A DNA stretch of 64,000 nt from Eledone cirrhosa. Taxonomy: Eukaryota. Position 1 is the stretch's first letter, and each line of letters starts with the position of its first letter. The notes under the pieces were generated by a model that did no database searches, had not been told where the DNA came from, and worked only from the letters and a program-made list of their open reading frames with translations. The position numbers were made by a program, and so were the translations under genes. Positions 52,601-64,000 of the stretch are shown in pieces. Where the stretch lies: positions 32,612,001 to 32,676,000 of the forward strand of contig OZ024747.1 in NCBI GenBank assembly GCA_964016885.1. Direction: 5' to 3'.

Positions 52601-55600
52601 TACCAACATTATCATGATTACCAATATTACCATCATTACCAACATTATCATCATTACCATCATTACCAACATTACCAACATTACCAACATTACCAGCAAT
52701 ATCATCATTACCAACATTATCATCATTACCATCATTACCAACATTACCATCATTACCAACATTACCAATATTACCAACATTACCAACATTACCAACATTA
52801 CCAACATTACCAACATTACCAACAATATCATCATTACCAACATTATCATCATTACCATCATTACCAACATTATCATCATTACCATCATTACCAACATTAC
52901 CGACATTACCATCATTACCATCATTACCAACATTACTATCATTACCAACATTACCATCATTATCATCATTACCAACATTATCATTATTACCAATATTACC
53001 ATCATTACCAACATTATCATCATTACCATCAATATCATCATTACCAACATCACCATCATTACTAACATTACCAAGATTACCAACATTATCATCAATATCA
53101 TCATTATCATCATTACCAACATTATCATCATTACCAACATTATCATCATAACTAACATTATCATCATAACCAACATTATCATCATTACCAACATTACCAT
53201 CATTATCATCATTACCAACATTATCATCATTTCCAACATTATCATCATTACCATCATTATCATCGTTACAATCATTACCATCCTTAACATCATTAGCAAC
53301 ATTATCATCATTACCATCATTACTACATTATCATCATTATCATCACTACCAACATTAGCATCATGACCAACATTATCATCATTAACATCATTATCATAAT
53401 TATCATCGTTACCAACATTATCATCATTACCATAATTACTATCATTACCAACATTATCATCATTAAAATCATTACCAACATTATCATCATAACCAACATT
53501 ATCATAATTGACAACGTTGTCATCATTACCAACATTACCATCATTATCACATTATCATCATTACCAACATTACCATCATTACCATCATTACCATCATTAC
53601 CATCATTACCATCATTACCAACATTTTCACCATTACCAACATTATCATCATTACAGTCATTATCATCATTACCAACATTATCATCATAACCAACATTACC
53701 ATCATTACCAACATTATCATCATTACTAACATTACCAACATTACCATCATTACCATCATTACCAACATTACCAACATTACGATCATTACCAACATTACCA
53801 ACATTACCATCATTATCATCATGACAAAAATTACCAACATTATCATCGTTACCATCATTGCCATCATTATCATCATTACCAACATTATCATCATTACAAA
53901 CATTGCCAACATTATCATCGTTAACAACATTACCAACATTATCAACATTACCAACATTACCAATATTATTATCATTACCAACATTACCAACATTATGATC
54001 ATTACCATCATTATCAACATTACCAACATTATAATAGTTACCATAATATCATCATTACCAACATTATCAACATTACCACCATTACCAACATTATCATCAT
54101 TACCTACATTATAATCATTACCATCATTACCAACATTAACAAAATTACCAACATTACCATCATTACCAACATTACTATCAATACCATCATTCTCATCATT
54201 ACCAACATTACCAACATTACCATCATTACCAACATTACCAACATGATCATCATTACCAACACTATCATTATTACCAATATTACAATCATTACCAACATTA
54301 TCATCATTACCATCAATATCATGATTACCAACATCACCATCATTACCAACATTACCAACATTACAAACATTACCAACATTATCATCATTACCAATATTAC
54401 CATCATTATCATCAATACTATCATTAGCAACATTACCAACATTATCATTATTAACAAAATTAGCATCATTACCAACATTATCATCATTATAATATTACCA
54501 TCATTACCATCATTACTACATTATCATCATTATCATCACCAACATTATCATTACCAACATTATCATTATTACCAACACTATTAACATTATCATCATTACC
54601 ATCATATCATCATTACCAACATTACCACATTATCAACATTAACAAGATTACCATCATTACCAACATTACCATCATTACCAATATTACCATCATTATCATC
54701 ATTATCATCATTACCAACATTATCATCATTACCAAAATTATCATCATTACCATCATTACCATCATTATCATCATTACCATCATTACCAACATTAACATTA
54801 TCAACATTAACAAAATTATCATCATTACCATCATTACCAACATTACCAGCATTATCATTATTACCAAAATTACCATCTTTACCAACATTATCATCATTAC
54901 CATCATTACCATCATTACCAACATTAACATTATCAACATTAACAACATTATCATCATTACCATCATTACCATCATTATCATCATTTCCATCATTACCAAC
55001 ATTAACATTATCAACATTAACAACATTATCATCATTACCATCATTACCAACATTACCAACATTATCATCATCAGCAACATTATCATCATTACCAACATTA
55101 CCAACATTATCATCATTAACAATATTACCATCATTACCAACATTACCAACATTACCAACATTATCATCATTACCAATATTTCCATCATTACCAACATTAC
55201 CAACATTACCAACATTATCATCATTACCAACATTATCATCATTACCAACATTACCATCATTACCATCATTACCAACATTACCATCATTACCAACATTACC
55301 AACATTATCATCATTACCCTCATTACCATCATTACCAACATTACCAACATTATCACCATTACCAACATTACCAACATTATCATCATTACCAACATTACCA
55401 TCATTACCATCATTATCAACATTACCAACATTATCATCATTACAAACATTATCATCATTACCAACATTACCATCATTACCATCATTACCAACATTACCAA
55501 CATTACCAACATTATCATCATTACCAACATTACCAACATTACAAACATTATCATCATTACCATCATTACCATCATTACCAACATTACCATCATTATCATC

Positions 55601-56985
55601 ATTACCAACATTATCATTATTACCAATATTACCATCATTACCAACATTATCATCATTACCATCAATATCATCATTACCAACATGACCATCATTACTAACA
55701 TTACCAAGATTACCAACATTATCATCAATATCATCATTATCATCATTACCAACATTATCATCATAACCAACATTATCATCATTACCAATATTACCATCAT
55801 TATCATCATTATCATCATTACCAACATTATCATTATTACCAATATTATCATCATTACCAACATTATCATCATTACCATCATTATCATCGTTACAATCATT
55901 ACCATCATTATCATCATTACCAACATTACCAACATTATCATCATTACCATCATTACCAACATTATCATTATTACCAAAATTTCCATCATTACCAACATTA
56001 TCATCATTACCATCATTACCAACATTACCAACATTACCAACATTACCAACATTATCATCATTACCAACATTATCATCATTACCATCATTACCATCATTAC
56101 CAACATTACCATCATTACCAATATTACCAACATTACCAATATTACCATCATTACCAACATTACCAGCAATATCATCATTACCAACATTATCATCATTACC
56201 ATCATTACCAACATTATCATCATTACCATCATTACCAACATTACCAACATTACCATCATTACCATCATTACCAACATTACTATCATTACCAACATTACCA
56301 ACATTATCATCATTATCAACATTACCAACATTATCATCATTACCAATATTACCATCATTACCAACATTACCAACATTATCATCATTACCAATATTACCAT
56401 CATTACCAACATTACCAGCAATATCATCATTACCAACATTATCATCATTACCATCATTACCAACATTATCATCATTACCATCATTACCAACATTACCAAC
56501 ATTACCATCATTACCATCATTACCAACATTACTCTCATTACCAACATTACCAACATTACCATCATTACCAACATTACAAACATTATCATCATTACCATCA
56601 TTACCATCATTACCAACATTACCATCATTATCATCATTACCAACATTATCATTATTACCAACATTACCATCATTACCAACATTATCATCATTACCATCAA
56701 TATCATCATTACCAACATCACCATCATTACTAACATTACCAAGATTACCAACATTATCATCAATATCATCATTATCATCATTACCAACATTATCATCATT
56801 ACCAACATTATCATCATAACCAACATTATCATCATAACCAACATTATCATCATTACCAACATTACCATCATTATCATCATTACCAACATTATCATCATTA
56901 CCAACATTATCATCATTACCATCATTATCATCGTTACAATCATTACCATCCTTATCATCATTAGCAAGATTATCATCATTACCAT
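49659..56985. repeat. Two diverged copies of a ~3.5-3.7-kb higher-order unit (about 49659-53317 and 53318-56985)
   Basis: Same landmark order in both: cattacta junction, aacgttgtc, cattttcac, ttacagtc, acaaacattgcc, catgatcat, aaaattagcat, cattataa, catcagcaa, catgaccat, aatttccat, ccagcaatat, ccatcctt. ORFs 50679/54104 and 51116/54622 are homologous but differ by monomer indels. Confidence 0.8.
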
Positions 56986-59900
56986 CATTACTACATTATC
57001 ATCACTACCAACATTACCACCATGACCAACATTATCATCATTACCAACATTACCAACATTACCAACATTATCATCATTACCAACATTATCATCATTATCA
57101 ACATTACCAACATTATCATCATTACCAACATTACCATCATTATCATCATTACCAACATTATCATCATTACCAACATTATCATCATTACCATCATTATCAT
57201 CGTTACAATCATTACCATCATTACCATCATTACCAACATTACTATCATTACCAACATTACCAACATTATCATCATTACCAACATTATCATCATTATCAAC
57301 ATTACCAACATTATCATCATGACCAATATTACCATCATTACCAACATTACCAAAATTACCAACATTACCAACATTACCAACATTATCATCATTACCAATA
57401 TTACCATCATTACCAACATTATCATCATTAGCATCATTACCAACATTACCAATATTACCATCATTACCAACATTACCAACATTACCAACATTACCAACAA
57501 TATCATCATTACCAACATTATCATCATTACCATCATTACCAACATTATCATCATTACCATCATTACCAACATTACCAACATTACCATCATTACCATCATT
57601 ACCAACATTACTATCATTACCAACATTACCAACATTACCATCATTACCAACATTACAAACATTATCATCATTACCATCATTACCAACATTACCATCATTA
57701 TCATCATTACCAACATTATCATTATTACCAATATTACCATCATTACCAACATTATCATCATTACCAAGATTACCAACATTATCATCAATATCATCATTAT
57801 CATCATTACCAACATTATCATCATTACCAACATTACCATCATTATCAATATCAACATTATCATCATTACCAACACTACCATCATTACCAACATTATCATC
57901 ATTACCATCATTACCAACATTATCATCATTATCAACATTACCATCATTATCAACATTATCATCATTACCAACATTACCAACATTACCATCATTACCATCA
58001 TGATCAACATTACCATCATTACCAACATTATCATCATCACCAACATTACCAACATTATTGTCATTATTAACATGACCTACAGTATCATTATCACCAATAT
58101 TACCAACATTATCATCATTACTAACATTACCAACATTACCATCATTACTATCATTACCAACATTACCAACATTACGATCATTACCAACATTACCAACATT
58201 ATCATTATTACCATCATTAACAACATTATCATTATTACCATCATTATCATCATTACCAACATCATCATCATGACCAACATTACCAACATTATCATCGTTA
58301 CCATCATTACCATCATTATCATCATTACCAACATTATCATCATTACTAACATTGCCAACATTATCATCATTAACAACATTACCAACATTATCATCATTAC
58401 CAACATTACCAACATTATCATCATTACCAACATTACTAACATTATCATCATTACCAACATTACCAACACTATCATTATTACCAACATTATCTCATTACCA
58501 TCATTATCATCATTACCAACATTATCATTATTACCATCATTATCATCATTACCAACATTATCAACATTATCATCATTAGCAACATTACCAATATTATTAT
58601 CATTACCAACATTACCAACATTATAATCATTACCATCATTATCAACATTACCAACATTATCATCGTTACCATCATTATCATCATTACCAACATTATCAAC
58701 ATTACGACCATTACCAAGATTACCAACATTACCAACATTACCAACATTACCAACATTACCAACATTATCATCATTACCAAGATCATCATCATTACCATCA
58801 TTACCAACATTATCATCATTACATATCATTACCAACATTACCAACATTACCAACATTACCAACATTACCAACATTACCAACATTACCATCATTATCATCA
58901 TTACCATCATTATCACCATTATCAACATTATCATCATTACCAACATTACCAACATTACCATCATTACCAACATTACCAACATTATCATCATTACCAACAT
59001 TATAATCATTACCATCATTACCAACATTATCATCATTACCATCATTACCAACATTACCAACATTACCATCATTACCATCATTACCAACATTACTATCATT
59101 ACCAACATTACCAACATTACCATCATTACCAACATTACAAACATTATCATCATTACCATCATTACCAACATTACCATCATTATCATCATTACCAACATTA
59201 CTATCATTACCAACATTACCAACATTACCATCATTACCAACATTACAAACATTATCATCATTACCATCATTACCATCATTACCAACATTACCATCATTAT
59301 CATCATTACCAACATTATCATTATTACCAATATTACCATCATTACCAACATTATCATCATTACCATCAATATCATCATTACCAACATCACCATCATTACT
59401 AACATTACCAAGATTACCAACATTATCATCAATATCATCATTATCATCATTACCAACATTATCATCATTACCAACATTATCATCATAACCAACATTATCA
59501 TCATAACCAACATTATCATCATTACCAACATTACCATCATTATCATCATTACCAACATTATCATCATTACCATCATTACTACATTATCATCATTATCATC
59601 ACTACCAACATTACCATCATGACCAACATTATCATCATTACCAACATTACCAACATTACCAACATTATCATCATTACCAACATTATCATCATTACCAACA
59701 TTACCATCATTATCATCAATACCAACATTATCATCATTACCAACATTATCATCATTACCATCATTATCATCGTTACAATCATTACCATCATTACCATCAT
59801 TACCAACATTACTATCATTACCAACATTACCAACATTATCATCATTACCAACATTATCATCATTATCAACATTACCAACATTATCATCATTACCAATATT

Positions 59901-62900
59901 ACCATCATTACCAACATTACCAAAATTACCAACATTACCAACATTACCAACATTATCATCATTACCAATATTACCATCATTACCAACATTATCATCATTA
60001 GCATCATTACCAACATTACCAATATTACCATCATTACCAACATTACCAACATTATCATCATTACCATCATGATCAACATTACCATCATTACCAACATTAT
60101 CATCATCACCAACATTATTGTCATTATCAATATCAACATTATCATCATTACCAACATTACCATCATTACCAACATTATCATCATTATCATCATTACCAAC
60201 ATTATCATCATTACCAACATTACCATCATTATCAATATCAACATTATCATCATTACCAACATTACCATCATTACCAACATTATCATCATTACCATCATTA
60301 CCAACATTATCATCATTATCAACATTACCATCATTATCAACATTATCATCATTACCAACATTACCAACATTACCATCATTACCATCATGATCAACTTTAC
60401 CATCATTACCAACATTATCATCAATATCATCATTATCATCATTACCAACATTATCATCATTACCAACATTATCATCATAACCAACATTATCATCATAACC
60501 AACATTATCATCATTACCAACATTACCATCATTATCATCATTACCAACATTATCATCATTACCAACATTATCATCATTACCATCATTATCATCGTTACAA
60601 TCATTACCATCCTTATCATCATTAGCAACATTATCATCATTACCATCATTACTACATTATCATCATTATCATCACTACCAACATTACCATCATGACCAAC
60701 ATTATCATCATTACCAACATTACCAACATTACCAACATTATCATCATTACCAACATTATCATCATTATCAACATTACCAACATTATCATCATTACCAACA
60801 TTACCATCATTATCATCATTACCAACATTATCATCATTACCAACATTATCATCATTACCATCATTATCATCGTTACAATCATTACCATCATTACCATCAT
60901 TACCAACATTACTATCATTAGCAACATTACCAACATTATCATCATTACCAACATTATCATCATTATCAACATTACCAACATTATCATCATTACCAATATT
61001 ACCATCATTACCAACATTACCAAAATTACCAACATTACCAACATTACCAACATTATCATCATTACCAATATTACCATCATTACCAACATTATCATCATTA
61101 GCATCATTACCAACATTACCAATATTACCATCATTACAAACATTACCAACATTACCAACAATATCATCATTACCAACATTATCATCATTACCATCATTAC
61201 CAACATTATCATCATTACCATCATTACCAACATTACCATCATTACCATCATTACCAACATTACTATCATTACCAACATTACCAACATTACCATCATTACC
61301 AACATTACAAACATTATCATCATTACCATCATTACCAACATTACCATCATTATCATCATTACCAACATTATCATTATTACCAATATTACCATCATTACCA
61401 ACATTATCATCATTACCAAGATTACCAACATTATCATCAATATCATCATTATCATCATTACCAACATTATCATCATTACCAACATTACCATCATTATCAA
61501 TATCAACATTATCATCATTACCAACACTACCATCATTACCAACATTATCATCATTACCATCATTACCAACATTATCATCATTATCAACATTACCATCATT
61601 ATCAACATTATCATCATTACCAACATTACCAACATTACCATCATTACCATCATGATCAACATTACCATCATTACCAACATTATCATCATCACCAACATTA
61701 CCAACATTATTGTCATTATTAACATGACCTACAGTATCATTATCACCAATATTACCAACATTATCATCATTACTAACATTACCAACATTACCATCATTAC
61801 TATCATTACCAACATTACCAACATTACGATCATTACCAACATTACCAACATTATCATTATTACCATCATTAACAACATTATCATTATTACCATCATTATC
61901 ATCATTACCAACATCATCATCATGACCAACATTACCAACATTATCATCGTTACCATCATTACCATCATTATCATCATTACCAACATTATCATCATTACTA
62001 ACATTGCCAACATTATCATCATTAACAACATTACCAACATTATCATCATTACCAACATTACCAACATTATCATCATTACCAACATTACTAACATTATCAT
62101 CATTAACAACATTACCAACACTATCATTATTACCAACATTATCTCATTACCATCATTATCATCATTACCAACATTATCATTATTACCATCATTATCATCA
62201 TTACCAACATTATCAACATTATCATCATTAGCAACATTACCAATATTATTATCATTACCAACATTACCAACATTATAATCATTACCATCATTATCAACAT
62301 TACCAACATTATCATCGTTACCATCATTATCATCATTACCAACATTATCAACATTACGACCATTACCAAGATTACCATCATTACCAACATTACCAACATT
62401 ACCAACATTACCAACATTATCATCATTACCAAGATCATCATCATTACCATCATTACCAACATTATCATCATTACCATCATTACCAACATTACCAACATTA
62501 CCAACATTACCAACATTACCAACATTACCATCATTATCATCATTACCATCATTATCACCATTATCAACATTATCATCATTACCAACATTACCAACATTAC
62601 CATCATTACCAACATTACCAACATTATCATCATTACCAACATTATCATCATTACCATCATTACCAACATTATCATCATTACCATCATTACCAACATTACC
62701 AACATTACCATCATTACCATCATTACCAACATTACTATCATTACCAACATTACCAACATTACCATCATTACCAACATTACAAACATTATCATCATTACCA
62801 TCATTACCAACATTACCATCATTATCATCATTACCAACATTACTATCATTACCAACATTACCAACATTACCATCATTACCAACATTACAAACATTATCAT

Positions 62901-64000
62901 CATTACCATCATTACTATCATTACCAACATTACCATCATTATCATCATTACCAACATTATCATTATTACCAATATTACCATCATTACCAATATTATCATC
63001 ATTACCATCAATATCATCATTACCAACATCACCATCATTACTAACATTACCAAGATTACCAACATTATCATCAATATCATCATTATCATCATTACCAACA
63101 TTATCATCATTACCAACATTATCATCATAACCAACATTATCATCATAACCAACATTATCATCATTACCAACATTACCATCATTATCATCATTACCAACAT
63201 TATCATCATTACCATCATTACTACATTATCATCATTATCATCACTACCAACATTACCATAATGACCAACATTATCATCATTACCAACATTACCAACATTA
63301 CCAACATTATCATCATTACCAACATTATCATCATTATCAACATTACCAACATTATCATCATTACCAACATTACCATCATTATCATCATTACCAACATTAT
63401 CATCATTACCAACATTATCATCATTACCATCATTATCATCGTTACAATCATTACCATCATTACCATCATTACCAACATTACTATCATTACCAACATTACC
63501 AACATTATCATCATTACCAACATTATCATCATTATCAACATTACCAACATTATCATCATTACCATCATTACCAACATTACCAAAATTACCAACATTACCA
63601 ACATTACCAACATTATAATCATTACCAATATTACCATCATTACCAACATTATCATCATTAGCATCATTACCAACATTACCAATATTACCATCATTACCAA
63701 CATTACCAACATTACCATCATTACCATCATGAGCAACATTACCATCATTACCAACATTATCATCATCACCAACATTACCAACATTATTGTCATTATCAAT
63801 ATCAACATTATCATCATTACCAACATTACCATCATTACCAACATTATCATCATTATCATCATTACCAACATTATGATCATTACCAACATTACCATCATTA
63901 TCAATATCAACATTATCATCATTACCAACATTACCATCATTACCAACATTATCATCATTACCATCATTACCAACATTATCATCATTATCAACATTACCAT
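56986..64000. repeat. Tandem higher-order duplication with period ~3.65 kb (56986-60646 and 60647 to window end)
   Basis: ORFs 58352/62004 and boundaries 58077/61729 sit at offset 3652, 56991/60652 at 3661 and 59579/63221 at 3642. Shared catgaccta (58071, 61723), cattatct (58485, 62137), ttacgacc and ccaagatcat. Confidence 0.92.

Larger units (their letters stand above)
9143..61745. repeat. Recurrent landmark cassette CATTATCGT-CATTATTAA-CATTACCTA-CAGTATCAT-TATCACCAA (more than 20 dispersed copies)
   Basis: Seen near 9143, 11431, 16447, 17506, 20998, 22049, 24209, 25260, 28752, 29785, 33559, 36375, 40042, 40896, 41938, 46231, 47824, 48832 and 50169. A sub-lineage cattattgt...catgaccta occurs near 32273, 38792, 58053 and 61705. 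It appears as IIVIINITYS or IIVIINMTYS in the + ORFs. Confidence 0.9.
1..64000. repeat. 9-bp satellite array, consensus CATTAYCAW (main variants CATTACCAA, CATTACCAT, CATTATCAT, minor CATTATCAA), head-to-tail, running off both window ends
   Basis: Every line parses into 9-mers starting CATTA, e.g. 16-78 cattaccaa x3, cattatcat, cattaccta, cattatcat, cattaccat. No unique sequence and no orientation switch seen. The ORF track gives only the tripeptide translations of this monomer (ITN/III, LPT/LSS, HYQ/HYH, MLV/MMI, GND/DNV). Confidence 0.99.

Noticed and set aside
58-64000. All other ORFs (Met/Val/Ile/Leu-rich membrane-like, Ile/Thr/Asn-rich, Leu/Pro/Ser/Thr mucin-like, His/Tyr/Gln-rich)
   Set aside because: The monomer is a multiple of 3 and stop-free in five frames. 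Dozens of 8- and 10-bp monomers frameshift every frame and are propagated in duplicates, so no frame appears to be under selection.
1-64000. CRISPR array
   Set aside because: There is no constant 23-50 bp repeat separated by unique spacers. The intervals between landmarks are the same 9-mer, and there is no leader or cas gene.
1-64000. Direct product of telomerase or a repeat-synthesising reverse transcriptase (e.g. DRT2/Neo-type concatemer)
   Set aside because: Short-template synthesis would not reproduce kilobase-long strings of private SNPs and indels at fixed offsets. That requires DNA-templated block copying, and no RT gene or template RNA is in the window.
1-64000. Pure sequencing or low-complexity artefact
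   Set aside because: Rare variants recur in consistent order in diverged copies tens of kb apart, which random error would not produce. Exact copy numbers of the near-identical blocks could still be misassembled.
1-64000. G-quadruplex or i-motif forming array
   Set aside because: The minus strand has only GG dinucleotides spaced by at least 7 nt and interrupted by GA monomers. CCC runs are very rare (e.g. near 6540, 15073, 20382), so canonical G4 motifs are absent.
1-64000. Embedded transposon, tRNA/rRNA, promoter or terminator
   Set aside because: No non-satellite stretch longer than about 17 bp was seen. The near absence of G on one strand precludes stable stems or terminal inverted repeats. 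TATAAT and CCAAT matches (e.g. cattataat, ccaatatt) are monomer variants without gene context.

Overview
The whole 64-kb window is one uninterrupted, single-orientation tandem array of a 9-bp monomer, consensus CATTAYCAW (minus strand WTGRTAATG), about 7,100 monomers (64,000/9). Three variants dominate (CATTACCAA, CATTACCAT, CATTATCAT), CATTATCAA is less common, and many rare point variants and a few 6-, 8- and 10-bp monomers act as landmarks. The + strand is almost devoid of G. The landmarks show a hierarchy: a CAT-like triplet, the 9-mer, recurring cassettes of about 50-500 bp, and near-identical kb-scale higher-order repeats (periods about 1008, 2295, 3211/4543, 3650 and 6500 bp) arranged as a mosaic. 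I find no credible gene, RNA gene, transposon, CRISPR array or unique sequence. The long ORFs arise because five of the six frames of the monomer lack stop codons. The best reading is a eukaryote-type satellite DNA (heterochromatic, centromeric or subtelomeric) with higher-order structure. Organism and function cannot be determined from this window. All offsets were read by eye from landmarks and the ORF track, so block edges are approximate.
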